Positions 1 to 14,853 of a stretch of 64,000 nucleotides of DNA are shown here, piece after piece (position 1 is the first letter of the stretch; the number at the start of each line of letters is the position of its first letter). Made by a program: the position numbers and the translations under genes. The stretch lies in NCBI RefSeq assembly GCF_009914755.1, contig NC_060926.1; one strand, 5' to 3'. Under the pieces are notes generated by a model that was not told where the DNA came from, did not search any database, and saw only the letters and a program-made list of their open reading frames with translations. The DNA is from the human T2T-CHM13v2.0 reference genome, Homo sapiens.

Positions 1-917
1 AGAAATGATGCGATGTTATGAAAGGGAGGAAGAGTAGGAGGGAAAAATTAAGAAATGAGGTGGAGAGAGGGGAAAAGAGGGAAAGGGAGAGGAAGATGAA
101 GAGGGAGAGCGAGAGAGGTGACAGAGTATGTTCTTAATTAGCAGATTGCAGCAGGGGAGAGATCTTAACGGCTGGAACTGGACATTCTGAGACATGGTCA
201 GGGGAAAGAAATCAGGTTTCCTCTTTGCCTGAGGGCAAAACATTGGCAGTTCCTCATAGAAGCAAAGTGCAGGCTTAAGTTCTTGAAATCCAAGGCGTTG
301 TCAGCTTGAAGTTTATCTAGATCACAGGTGAAAGGTTAAAGTCAGTATGAAATTCAACATGTGATAATTTCATTGCACTGGCAACTTGGAGTGGTGGCTT
401 CATCAGGTTCCAGAGGAAGGTATCCAGACCGGGTGTGGATGCAATCATCCAAACAATAAGCAAAGCCCAATGGCTTGGATACCAACCCTGGGGGAGGATG
501 GATCTGGCATTTGCGTCAGTTAAGTCTGCCCAACTCCCTTCCTTCTTCCCTTCCTCTTTCCCCCTCTTTTTCTTTTTTCCCTCCCTTTCTTCCTTATTCA
601 AAACATTTGCAGATAGCGAAAATTTATATTTAAACATATATAAAATATATATGTATAGCTCTATGAATGATTATAAAGAACTACTCTTGTGAAAACAGCA
701 CCCAGGTCAAGAAATGGGGCACCTACAGAACCCCAGAAGCCCTGTGTCTGCCTCTATGCAATTGTAATCCTCTTCTCATCCGAGAGGGGTAACCACTATG
801 CTAACTATCATCATAATCATTTATTTGTTTTCCTGAGCTTTAATGCTGTTAAAATTTTTCCTCAAAAGCATTATTTAGTTTAGGCTATTTTTCAACTTCC
901 TACAAAAAGAATCACTG

Positions 918-919
<2 letters not shown>

Positions 920-949
<30 letters not shown>

Positions 950-1045
950 GCTATATATATATACACACATGCATATATATAATATATATACACACATGCA
1001 TATATATATTATATATACACATATGCATATATATAATATATATGT
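920..1045. repeat. (CA)n microsatellite followed by TA/CA-rich low-complexity repeat
   Basis: About 15 CA units, then tatatatacacacatgca-type units. Confidence 0.9.
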
Positions 1046-1719
1046 ACAGTCCCATGATTTGTTCATTATTGAACATTATGTTTAGAGATTTTTCTTATGT
1101 TATTGTACGCAGCTGCTGTTCATTTATCTTATTTTCTGTATAGAATACCCTGGTATAAGAAACTGTCATGCAGGTAGCCATTCTACTGCTGGGGAACAGC
1201 TAGGTTACTTCCAGTTTCAGTTATTGCGAATATGCTCATACGTGTCCTCTGGAGCGCATATACAAAGGCTTCTATAGTATATACAGCAAGTCTAGAAAGA
1301 CTGGTCGTAAAGTACATGAATCTCCATCTTCAAGAGATCATGCCAACTGTTTCCTCAAGTGATTGTACCAATTTACCCTCGAACCAGCGACGAGTGAAAC
1401 ATCTTACCAAAGTTAATATTATGCAACTTTAAAATTTTTTGACATTCAATTTCACATTGTGGTTTCAATATTTATGTCTCTGATTGCCACTGAAGTTAAA
1501 CCACTTTTCATAAGCTTATGGCCAATTTAGAAAGACCAGTTCATATCTTTTCATTATCTTTTTGTATTCATTTGTTTCTTTTTTTCTTCAGGATGTATGT
1601 AGTTCTTTAAATGTTCTGGATGGCTGATATTTGTCAGTTGTATGTGCTGCAGATACTTTTCAATTCAGTGGTTTGTAGTTTTACTTTTAGTGTTATCTTT
1701 TTAACTTTGATATCTTTGA

Positions 1720-2026
<307 letters not shown>

Positions 2027-2545
2027 CTAAGCTCTTATTTTTAATAACGTTAAATTACTAGTTGTTTCTTTTATGACTCATATAAATTTTTGTCTTCTTT
2101 ATTCCAAGACCATGAAGATATTCTCTTATATTATTATAGAAAACATTTATATAATTTTATTTCATTTATATAGTTTCATCTCTCTTAGATATTTAAATGA
2201 CATGCAACAATTTTTGCATACAAAGTGAGATAACAGTCTGATTTCACTTTTCCATATTGTTGGTCAATATACTTATGCATCATTTATTGAAAATAATATG
2301 TTTCATTTAATGAAATAAAATGCAACTTCTATCACAGTTCAAGGGTTCATATGTACATAATTTTGTTTGAGTTGTACTGTTTGCTACTTCCTTGCCCTGA
2401 ACCAATACCACAGTCTTAATTATTATAGCTTCACAGAAAGTATTTATTTCCTTTAAAGCAAATACTCTTCATTTGTTATTTTCTAGAATGTCTTTGTCAC
2501 TCTTCTCCTTTTGCTTTTCCATATACATTTAAAAACTACTTGTCA

Positions 2546-2706
2546 GACTGGGCACCGTGGTTCACCTCTGTAATCCCAGTACATTGGGAGGCTGAGGTGG
2601 AAGGATCACATGAGGCCAGGAGTTTGAGGCCACAGCGAGTTATGACTGTGCCACTGCACTCCAGCCTGGGAGACAGAGCAAGATCCTGTCTCTGAAGAAA
2701 AAAAAA
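2546..2706 (+). mobile_element. Alu monomer (FRAM/FAM-like)
   Basis: Single ~160 bp arm ending ccactgcactccagcctggg...tctg followed by an A-tail; highly diverged. Confidence 0.8.
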
Positions 2707-4415
2707 TGATAAACAACTTTTCAAGTTCCACGCACACACATCCCTCTTTTAGAATTTTGATTGACATTGCACTGAACCTATAAGCCAATTTGGGAAGAAT
2801 CAACATTTTTAAAATATGAAGTCTTCCAGATATCATAAACACAGTATATTCTTCCAATTACTTAAGTCTTCTGCAATAACTCTTATCTAAGTTTCACAAT
2901 ATTTTCTGTAAAACTTTTGCATAACTTTTGCAAGATTTATGTTTAGATATTTTCTATTTCTTGATGTTATTATAAATTGTATAATTTAAAATTTCATTTT
3001 CTAGTGACTTACTGCAAATATATATACATATATAATGTATAAATATGGTAATGTATAATGTATATATGATAATGTATATATGCAATATATATTTTGTAAA
3101 AATCATATATTTGTTGACTAGCTAAATATATATATAATATGAGATCCCAGAAACTTTTCTTTCTTATAATTTGTCTACAGATTCTTTTGAATTTCCACAT
3201 ATGCAGCTGTTTCATCAGTAAATAATGACAATTTTGTTTCTGTCTAATTCTTAACATTTGTATGATGTCTTTCTGTTGCTTTATCCCACTGTTTATGATA
3301 TTCAGTATAATCATTTTTTAAAAGGGGAGCAATAGCCCTCCTTGTCGCAGTACAAAACTCAGAAGGAAAACTTTCAACCATTAATTATATTTGTAGCAGG
3401 CTTTTTATTAATATAAACCCTCTTTTAATGATATTTTCTTCCAACTTTTGTTGCCAAGATCTTTTAAATAATGAACTGTTCTTTTAAAAATTGTGCTGAA
3501 TAAATCGTAACACAATGGTATTTGTTTATCTAAACATAGAAAACATACAATAAAAATATAATATATATAATATAATGTTTAAAAAATTGTGTCCAATATT
3601 TATTTTTTGATTTTTTAGGGTTTTTATTTTTATTTTTTTTGAGAGAGAGGAGACTGAACTTTTATCAGCTACTGAGAGAGGTGTGTTAAGATTTCTTCCT
3701 CTGATTCTGAATTTACTTATTTCTTCTGGTAATTTTGTCAACTTTAGCAAACTATATTTGAAGCTATATTAATGAACATTTATAAATTTAGAGTTGTTAT
3801 ATTTTCTCAGTAAATAAAAATATGTATTATTATAAAGTGATGCTATTTATATTTTATGCATATTGCCTTATAATCTATTTTGTTCGGTATTAGTATAGCT
3901 ATAGCAGTTCCTGTGGGTGATCAGTATTTATTTTTCATGTTTCTACTTTGAATTATTTGTATCTTTATGGTTTATATATGTGTCTTATAAAAAGCTTCCA
4001 CATGAATATTTTAATCTGTCTAATAATCTTTATTTTTTAATTAGAACATTTATTCTATATTTATATTGTATGTTATATATGGATTTATCTTTTATATAAT
4101 TTTGTCCTTTCTATTTGTTCTTCTATATTGTTTTCTTCTTCTGTCTTAACTTTGATGGGAAGTGTTTTTATCATTCTATTTTTTTAACCTCTAGTAAATA
4201 TGCACTCTGTTTCTGTTATTTTAGCAATTACCATAGAAATTAAGGCATAAACTCTAAACTCATAAAAGTCTGAAATTAATCAACATTTTTACCCTTTCTG
4301 CACAGTGTAATAATTTTAGATTGCATTGGCTCTAGTTACCCGCTTTCTAACTTACATGTTTAGTTTTGTCTTGTATGCCCATAGACATTATCTTAATGTT
4401 TATATAGGCAGTACT

Positions 4416-4788
4416 TGCTATGGACTGAATGTTTGTGTCCCTCCCAAAATTAATATGTTGAAATCGAAAGCCCAATGTGATAGTGTTAGAAGGAGGTATT
4501 AGAAGTTCTTGGGAGGTGATTAGCTCATGAAACCTCTGCCTTCGTGAATGGGATTACTGCCCTTACAAAAAGATACCCCAGAGAGCTAGCTAGCCCCTTC
4601 TGCTATGTAAGGATACAGCAGGAAAGCACCAAGTATGAAATACAGAGTGAGCCCTCCCCAGACACCAAATTTGGTGCTGCCTTGATTTTGCACTTCCCAC
4701 CCTCTAGAACTGTGAGAAATGAATTTCTATTGTTTACAAGCCACCTACTTTATGGTAATTTGTGACAGCAATCTGAATAGAGTCAGAT
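4416..4788 (+). mobile_element. MLT1A-type (ERVL-MaLR) solo LTR
   Basis: Starts tgctatggactgaatgtttgtgtcc; contains tgaatgggattactgcccttacaaaagatacccc and agaactgtgagaaat...gtttacaagccac. Confidence 0.85.
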
Positions 4789-5877
4789 GTTGTTAGATAT
4801 TCACATATTCCCACTTTCTCTGTTTTTATTCCATCCTATGGCTCAGACCTTCAATCTGGCATCAGTTTTCTTCTGCCTGAAATTTTTTTTTTCAGAATTT
4901 CTTTTAGTGAGAGTCAGCTGCTAAGAAATATATAGTTTAATTTACCTGAAAATGTTTTAGTTTTGCCCCCATTCCTGAGAGATGTGTTTTCTGGATAGAG
5001 AATTTGAGGACAGCAGTACCCCTCACAGCACCCATCACACACAAACACACAAAATAAAGATATCATTCCATTTCTTTGGATTCAATTGCTGCAGTTCAAA
5101 AGTCAGCTGTTCGTCTATCATTGCCTTAAAGACAACGCTTCCCTTCAGTGCCCTGCCATTACCACCACCAACACCACCAAGCTTCAGCTTTTTATCTCTG
5201 GGGTGTTCACCAGTTTTCCTATAATGTGTTTAACTTGGCTTTTCTTTAATTTTTTTCTGTTTCTGATTCATTGAATTCCTTGGGTCTCTAAATTAATGTC
5301 TTTTGCCATTTCTGGAAATTTCTAAACTGTTATATCTTCAGATATTTCTTTTTAAACATGTTATCTATGCCCTCCTTCTGGGAGTCTGAAAATATGCTAA
5401 GACCATTTCACTTAATGTTTTATGTCTCATAACTTCTCTATCACATTATAGGTCTCTTTGTTTATGTTATAATCTGGATGATTTATTCTGAATCTGTTTT
5501 ACAATTTACCAATTATTTTTTAGCTGTCTCTAATCTATGGTTAAAACTGATCATTGAGTTTTTAATTTTAATCGTCTCTTTATTTGAAAAATTTCTAATT
5601 TTTGTCAAATCTGCTGTCATTTTTTGTGGATTTCCACTCCACAGATTTTTAAAGCTTTCCTTTTAATGTATTTAAACACAATATAGTTAATTATTTATTA
5701 AACTGTGTCTGACAATTCTAGTATCTTAGGTCTTTGCAAAACTTTGCCTGTTGCCTTTGTTTGTTTGTTTGCTGCTTCTTACTTATGGTTTATTGTCTCC
5801 TTGTTCTTTTTGGACTGTGAGCTGCTGCGTTTATTTGGAAAATTATTTCTGGGCCTTCTTCAAGGATAGAATGATAG

Positions 5878-6251
<374 letters not shown>

Positions 6252-6903
6252 TGAAGATTATTTTTAACAATTATTGTGAATTTGGACTCTCAGTGTGTGT
6301 TAGGGATAATTTGTGGTGACAACTTCTCAGAGACTATTTTCTCAGTACCAAGGCAGATTTCTATGTGGCCCCTGCAGGAAAGGAGAGACACAGGTTTATT
6401 GTGGTGTATTAGGCAAAACAGATTTATTTTTGGTTGGATCCCAGCTTTACAGGCATATGTTGTTTAGCGGATTCTCCTCCTGGGAAAGCGTGGCCTTTGG
6501 TGTGTGGCTTCCACACTCTGTATTTTAATCTGATTTGCCCAATACTCTCAGGAAAATGTGGCCATGAGTGTCCCCTTACATCTCTGGTTTCCTGCCTTTA
6601 CATAGATTTTGACCAGATAATTTCTTACTATATTATAAGCTCTTCTGTGTTTATTATATAAAAATATATTTTGGATAGCATTTCAGATATTTTCAGAAGG
6701 AGAACTTACTCAAAAAACCTAACCAGCCACACTACTTAAGCTGAAATTGTCTTCTTTCTTGACATCTTAGCTATGTTAGAGTAAGCTCAATATTGTGGCT
6801 CCAGTGACACGTGGGGTCTTGGAGGAAAGGATGGCTGTTTTACATAGATTTCAGGATTTCTAACAATCAGTATCAGAAAGAAGCTTATGTCATTCATTTG
6901 TGA

Positions 6904-7200
<297 letters not shown>

Positions 7201-7514
7201 TAATTTTTATGATAATAAAAACTACAAATTTATTTGTGAATTTATAAAATTAAATGAATGAGAAAATTATTAAACACCCAATCATTATTTTACTAGTGTT
7301 GTTTTGGTATTTTATAGACACATGTTTGAATATGTATGTGGGTTATATAAATACATATACACACATATGTGTATATAAATACACACATATATATACACAA
7401 ATATGTTTATGATATTAGATTATATTAACTATGTGCCCTGCATCTATTTTTCTCCTGATATATACACATGATGCACTATTAATTGACTGTGACCATCAGT
7501 TGACCAATAATGCA

Positions 7515-7742
7515 TTTTGTTAACTATAGTCACCATGCTGTACAATAGATCTGTAAACTTATTCTTCCTGTCTAACTGAAACTTGTACCCTCTGACCAAT
7601 ATCTCTGTTTTCCCAACCCACCCCTCCCCAGATTCTGCTAACCACCTTTCTACTCTCTACGTCTGTGAATTTGCTTTTTTTTTTTTTTTAGATTTCACAT
7701 ATAAGTGAGGTCATGTGGTATTTGTCTTTCTGTGTCTGATTG
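7515..7742 (-). mobile_element. L1MA/L1MB 3' end fragment
   Basis: aactatagtcaccatgctgtacaatagatct...gatttcacatataagtgaggtcatgtggtatttgtctttc. Confidence 0.8.
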
Positions 7743-8072
7743 TTGTTCTATTTCAGATATTCAGAGGGCTCTTGATACATTCTGGCCTGTTAAAATGGAT
7801 TCCACAACTAAATGACAATTATTTGTTATATGGGAATAATAATAAATGCGTCCTTCACACACAGATGTGAGGCTATAAAAATTAAATGCGACGAGCTAGA
7901 TCAAATCCCAGGATCTGGTTCTTGCTAGGTACCAAAACCTGTGTCCCCATAGTATTGCTATTACTCCAATTTCTGTGAATGTAGCTATGCAATTGCAATC
8001 CAAAAAGTTCCAAGTGATAAGATTCCAGTGTCTAAATCACCTGCTTTTCCTGCCCCACCTTTTCCTACTCCT

Positions 8073-8103
8073 CCACCACCACCACCACCACCACCACCAC
8101 CAC
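8073..8103. repeat. (CCA)10 trinucleotide repeat
   Basis: Direct reading. Confidence 0.95.
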
Positions 8104-11100
8104 TGGTCATTCTCATCCTCTCTAATCATTTACGCTATTAGTACAATTTTCTAAAGAATTAATTAGGAAATTATTTTACCTTAGCCTTAGCTTGAAGTTG
8201 AATAGCATTACTTGATTTATTTGGGATTCTTAATATGTAAAATATTGTATTGCAGAAGGCAAAGAATAATGGAGGAAACCAGACAAAAGGATTCTTTGTC
8301 CCAGCCCCACCACTAACCTGTGGGATGATTCTGGACCATTCTTCCCATCTTGTTCTGTGAACTGTGGGAAACTCATCACACTTGTCATTGTGGTTACTTG
8401 GGGTCGTTGTGAGAATCAGACTCGATCTTGAGAACGTGCTCTAAATGCACACAGACAGACAGGGTGTGCGTGTGTGAGGTGCAATCTACGGGAGCCAGAG
8501 TCTCAACTCCTGGGAACACATCTCCGGGCTGCATTTCCAGCTGCTTTTTCCTTCGTTTGGTGATTGTGAGCAGAGCCCTTGGGGTTTGAGAAGCTCTTAG
8601 CCCATGAGTGCAAAAAGATGAGAAATAATAATATTTTTTTTCTCCATAGGGAACTTCCAGCATCTATGAGGAAACAGAATTTCTTTTGATCACAGAAGAA
8701 AAGAGAAGAATATTAACCATGGAGTGTCCACCAGTGAGAGAGTTTCTGTGCATTAGTTCTTGGAGGGACAGGGAACCTTGGTGAGAGAGAACAGACTGGA
8801 AGTAACTGGGTGTGGTTTTCCTGCTGCCCCAGCCTGGGGCTCAGCACCAGATCTCCTATCTGGTGGCTGCACCATAAGTCCCAGTCTTCCCAGAGGTAAA
8901 GAAAGAACAGACAGTTCTAGACCCTATAAAACAAAGCAGATGTCAGGGTGCTTACAAAGTCCAGTGCCCACAGGGCCAGGCAGGTCAATGTGTGTGAGTA
9001 TGGCACACTGAAAGCATATATTATACAAAAGGAGACTGCTCACACTCAGCTGCAACTCCTTGTTGCCATATCAAATAGTGAGAAAGTGTGTGCATGCGGG
9101 TGTGGTGTGTGCATGTGTGTGATACCTGTTGGGAGTTGCTGGCAGTGGGGCAATCAGGGCATGCGTGGGAGCAGGAGCAGAGGGAGCAGTGATAAATAAC
9201 CCCCTGCCCTCAATTAGAGGTGACTGTCTGCACTGGATCCTTCCCAGGCCTGCTTCTGTCTAGACAGTGCCACCACAGTGCCACCAAGAGTTAACATCCT
9301 TCCCAGGCTTCACTGTGTCTCCCTCTGGGTGTTAGAGGGCAAATCTGTAGAAATAATAAGTTTCTCAGAGCCAAACGCATGCCTCTGTTTCAAAGGGACT
9401 CCCCAGGCCAACCCTGATGGGGCCAAGCAAAATACTTCCGAGCTGGGTGTGCTCTGTAGCTGCCAGTTTGAGTCTTCTCCTCTTAAGGAAAGGAAATCTG
9501 TTCAAAATCAGTTTCTAAGGCAATGCTTTACCCTTATTTCAAACAGTTTTTTTTTTTGCTTCCTTCTTTTCTTTCTTCTTCTTCTGAGAAAATAAGTTTT
9601 CCTTTCTTCTAATGTCTCCTAATCCTAAATCAGTAACTGTAGTCCCACTGAACTGGGTAGAAGAAACAGAAGCTTTTGCTCTTACAGTAAATGGGACAGG
9701 CTAATTTTTGGCATAGGCAGGAAAAGATGAAGCTGGCAATTATTTGTTCTGAGGAACTCAAGCTGTCAGTCTCTCACATACTTTGATACTTTAGAAATGA
9801 TCACTAAACTCTTTTCAAATTTGCTTTTGGATCCTACACCCTGAAGTGATGGCTGCTGACAGCAGAGTTTAGAATCTTGGGACTACAGAGGATGCCTTTG
9901 TCTCTGTACCCTTGTCATTTCCTGGAAGAAGGGGAGTCATCCCCATGAGTCTCCTGCAGAGGTGGCCAGAGATAAACACTAGCCGAACACAACTGCACTG
10001 TCCCTGGCATTTGGGGCCTCTCAGAATGAGGTTTGTTGTCAACTGGGAGAGCCCTGGTACTCCATTCCCAGGATCAGCCATCAGGGTGCAGACATTGCAG
10101 GTCAAAACGTCGTCTCAGACTTTACCCTCCAACCATTGAGAAAACATCTCTGCTTAGTGCCAGAGATAGCCCCACCTAACTTGGTGGAAGTAGCAGTAAC
10201 GAAGTATAAACACACCTCCTTCTCCCAGACGCTCAGGGCTCTGTTTACAGATTAAATCTCAGGATGTGTATATTCGACGTTCTTATTCCAGGATATTAAT
10301 GGCAAAATGAACTTGTCTGGTGATGGCTCCGTCACATTAATGTCTGATGGACGGTTCGGATGTGAAAGGTGCATTAAGGCCTGCTGAGGGCCCTGCGTGT
10401 GCGAGTCAGGAATGTGACTGCAAGGCTGGAATGTGAGCTTGTTTAGAGTGAACCCAAATGGAGTCGATTTAACCCTGCAGGAGTCGAGTCATCTGAAATA
10501 CCACAGCCCCAGAAGGCAGAGTCTTGATAAATAGAAGGAAATGTGCAAAATATTTATCTTGCGATTCTTAATCTGCCTAATGTAGTCTAGCGGCATTTCT
10601 AGGAAGCTTTGTGGGTTTTAACCATTATCTCAAAATTTATAGTTAGCTCAGAGGTCAACTGGAAACATGGCTCTGCAGGTTCCTAAAGTCTGTTTAAATC
10701 TCCCAGAGGTATCCGGGTTGTCTCCTGCCTGGAGAAATCTGGAGAGAATTCTTACAGAAGGTGATGGGTGTGTCTGGGCTATGGAGCATCTCTTGGATTT
10801 ATTGAATATTTAGCAAGCATCTATAATGTGCCCATCACTGAGCTAGGCAGAGAAAGGGAGAAACACATATTTTGGTTCTGGAGCTTGTGTGTAGTCTGAT
10901 TGGGAGGTGAGATAGACCCCAGGAAACAAGTATAGAACGAAATAGAGCAATTAAGCCCAAGGTCTTGGGGTATGGGACAAGACAGCCAGACATTGAAGGA
11001 ACCACTAAGATTTATCAATGTTCTTTCTCCTCCATCACAGGGTGTGTTGGCAGCTTCAAAATATGAGCCTTGAATGACTCTAGTTGAGAACATAGTGAAA

Positions 11101-11524
11101 GCCATCGTATAACTTGCAAAAGCAAAAGTGTTTTGTGTCTCTTCACATGCCATGTTGAGCGTATGTGTGTTGGTATCCAGGGTGGCTGGGAAAAGAGAGT
11201 GAAAGTGGGTGGATTCCCTTCTCTCTTCCCCTCTGTCTCTTCTTCCATCTTTCATCCTTGCCTCACATCCTACCCACAGTCCTTTGTAGATGACAGAAGC
11301 CACAGAGCTGAGGAAGGAGGGACAGCTGGGGGTGCCACTATGATTTCTGCCACCTGATTCATCCTTAAACATCAAGAAGCTGACTTTCCTAGTGCCTTGG
11401 TGGAGGACATGGTAGCTCCTCCAGGTCCTACTGAGAATACTCCAAAGTCCAAAATTAACCAATCCTGATTCCTAAAACAGGTAAAAAAGAACAGTTCTGA
11501 TGAAAAGGATTTGGGGTGTTTTCT

Positions 11525-11956
11525 TTTTCTTTTTCAACTTTGATTTTAGAATCAGGGGTACATGTGCAGGTTTATTACAAAGATTTGTTGTGTAATGCTG
11601 AGGTTTGGAGTATAATTGATCCCGTCACTCAGTACTGAGCACAGTACCCAACAGTTTGTTTCCACCCTCCCCACCCTGCTCCCCACTTTTGTATTCTCCA
11701 GTGTCTATTGTTCTTATCTTTATGTCCATGTGTGCCCAATGTTTAGCTTACATTTATAAGTGAGCATATGTGGTATTTGGTTTTTCTGTTTCTGCGTTAG
11801 TTTGCTTAGAATAATGGCTTCCAGCTGTGTCCATGTTGCTGCAAAGGAAATGATTTCATTCTTTTTTATGGCTGTGTAGTACTCCATGGTGTATATGGAC
11901 CACATTGACTTAATTGAATCCACCATTGATGGGCACCTGGGTTGATTCCATGTCTG
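11525..11956 (-). mobile_element. Older L1PA/L1PB 3' end fragment
   Basis: ggggtacatgtgcaggttt...; ORF 11720..11995 (WNQPRCPSMVD.IK.MW.IYTMEYY.AIKKNEI) is the L1 ORF2 C-terminus. Confidence 0.9.
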
Positions 11957-13459
11957 AAAAGATTTAAGTTTTAAAAAATTGTTATAAAAAGCCACCTTCT
12001 TTTTTTGAATCTTGCTTTATAACTAGTACAAAGCAAACATCAGATACCTGTGTATATTTATACAATTTTAGTCATTTTCAGAATATTTAACTGAATATAA
12101 AACTGTTTTTAAAAGAACATTTTATTTTCTAAAAGTTAGTCTTTTTGTATCATGGACATATAAAAAATAACAAACCTATTTCAGCTCTTTAAAAGCTCAT
12201 TTCAATAAAAACAAAAAAGGAAGCGCCGGCTTCATGTTCATTTCAGTGGCCACTAATCCAGCCAACACATACTGAATGCCCCTGAGTGCCTAACACAGTG
12301 TTAGATACTAATGGCAAAGGGGTGAATCAGATGTGGTCCCTGCCCTTTGAAACTAACTTGCTTTTCAAGAGGCTGTAACTGAGGAACACTCTCTATGGGC
12401 AGCTCTTTGGTAGCACAGAGTTCCCCAGGAAGCACTATATAACATCTCCCATCCCTGCTCCATCATGACTCATACAAAAAACTTCTAGGCTGAATTCTGT
12501 CAGGAAAAAAAAAAAGAAAAGAAAAGGAAAATGATAAGTAAATACATTTGACAATAAATTTGAGATCATAAACCTTGGGATTCTTTTTATAATACCACGC
12601 ACTTCAAAATCAGGCAGTGTTTTTCATTTGACGTGGTTTTAAAGGTAGCTCAAAGAAAACACAGGATTAACCGTAAGTAGTGGGATAGTAAGCGTGAGCC
12701 AAGCTTCCAAATAAACACATCAGAGACTTGGGCTAAAAAAAGACAGAACACAAATAACCTCCTCTTGATGTGCCTACAGTTTCATTTAACTGTTCCCAGG
12801 TCATGAACTAATTTACCAAAAAGAGGTTAACTCCAGTGCAACCAAATGGCATTTCAGGAAGCAGGTTTTGTGCATATCGCCTGTGGAAGCCGGGCCACTT
12901 GAACCCCGCCTGTGAAATGCCTCTCGGATGAGCACTTTTTAAAACTCTTTAGTGTATTCTTTTTCAGTGAATGGGTAATGCGTTAGGACATTGGAGAATA
13001 CAGGCCTTAAGAAACATGAGCTTGGCTTCTTCCCAAGTATTGATGTCTCCAAACCAAAGAATTAGCCTAAATAAATTTGTTTTGAGTGACTGTGTGACCT
13101 CGAACAGCCTACTTTCCCTTGGTCAGCTAGATGTGTTTCCTACAAACTGAAGAGCTTAGATGAGCTGCTCTTTCAAGTCCCTTCCAGGACACAGAGGCCC
13201 TTCCCAAGAACTCAACACAGGAAAGCTGGCCTCTGCCCCCAGAAGCTTCCAGGCGAAGGAGAACAGTCAAGGAGCCAAAGTCCTAGGTGCTCCGCTGGAG
13301 GGTGACTTCCACTCACACCAATCTTCCAAAACCTAGGGACTTGGGACCGAGCAGCGGCATTATATCATTTCCAGGCAAAGCCCAAGTTCTGTCTTCCGTA
13401 CCCACGGTCTCTTTTCGCATTTTGCGCAACATCATTTGCTGCTTCATCTGACCTAAGTC

Positions 13460-13654
13460 GGTGGGTTTCTTGATTTTAATGTGTGTAGAAATTACTTATT
13501 GGAGAATTTTATTAAACATGCACATTCTTAAGCCTGGCGTCCAGTGATCCTCTTTTGGGAGGCCTGGGCAAGGGCCACGACGTAGGCACGCTTCACAGGC
13601 ACCCAAAAGGTTCCCACGCAGCAGTGACCCATGAAACATGCTTTGAGGAACACT
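13460..13654. mobile_element. MER5-like hAT-Charlie MITE (diverged)
   Basis: Diverged MER5 layout ending catgctttgaggaacact. Confidence 0.5.
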
Positions 13655-14835
13655 CATCTGATGGTTCTGGAGTGGGGTTGGTCTCCCTCACAGACTCAGG
13701 CTCCTGGGAGCCAGGGACTCATTTGACATTGCAGTGAAACAGAGAACATGGAAAGGGACATGCCATGTAGTCAATCCAAATTGGATGAGTAAGTGAATCA
13801 ATGAATGACTAAGGCACATGCAATAGGGAAGGTCATTGTCACCATGAACTGAAACTTTCCGGCAGTGTTGGAGAAGGTAAGGTGAGTGGGAGACGTGGTA
13901 CAAGACAGGCTTCAAAGCTGGGTCTCTGATGGGTCACCAGAAACAGTAGGGTCCTTGTAAGGCAATGCTTCTTCTCTAGCAGACACATTTTTCCAGAGGG
14001 AGTCTGTCAGCCTCCATGATATTTTAAGCTGCATCCCTCAAAATGTCGTAAAGGAGGATTAAAGTATAAATGATTGTCAGTTCACTCCTGTCCTCCTGGT
14101 ACTGCGCTGAGCATCTCAGGCTGTTTGGAAGACAGGGGCAGCAAGGGAGGGGAGGAGCAGGGGAGGGCCTTAAAATGTGACTGAACAGAGCCTGCAGAGA
14201 ATGAGGAGCTCTGGTGTGTCTTGGGGGGCTAAAGCAGTTCACAGGCTGCTACTTTTTTTGTGACATAGCTTTTACGGGGGGAGAGCCAGAATATTAAGCT
14301 CATTGCTTCCAGATGGGAAGGTTGGACAAGACAGAGAGGCTTTGGCTCCGAAAGCTTGGACGCTGTGGTGCGATATGGATGTGACATATTGAAGTAATCG
14401 AGATAGAAGATCTGGCTTTAGCCAAGGCTGTCAGATAGATACTTTTTAAAACATTACATGGTTTGTAACAAGGTATTGTGTATCCTCACAGAAACCCTGC
14501 CGCCTAGGTCTCTGGGAAGGCAGTGGGGGGAAAAGTGTGCTTATTTTGCTTGAGTTACTAAAGCTCCTTTTATATATGAGGAATTTGGCATCTCCTGGCT
14601 GGGAACGGCTGAGCCAACAGTGTCCGATGCACTTGTAATGTAGATCATGCTAGTGACTTGCTAAGTGAGTCCAGGTGTTTGCATAAGAGGCAGGGTCCTA
14701 AGCACCTCCTTATTTGAGCCCCGAAGCAATCATGGCCCAGTGCTTCAAATGAGCCTCAAATCTGTTTAATAAATCATCCTTCTATTTATAGAGTTAATCC
14801 AGGGAGAAAGCCTCCGTGTTGTCTGGTGGGGCATG

Positions 14836-14853
14836 TGCCACCAGAGGGCGCCC
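14836..14853 (+). promoter_or_regulatory. CTCF binding motif
   Basis: TGCCACCAGAGGGCGCCC contains a full match to the core CCASYAGRKGGCRS in apparently unique sequence. Confidence 0.75.

Noticed and set aside
9264-9285. Tandem 11-bp duplication acagtgccacc x2
   Set aside because: Common slippage duplication with no supporting context.
10821-11462. 213-aa ORF, the longest in the intergenic part
   Set aside because: Non-ATG start, partly overlaps L2-like sequence, no domain-like pattern or splice support.
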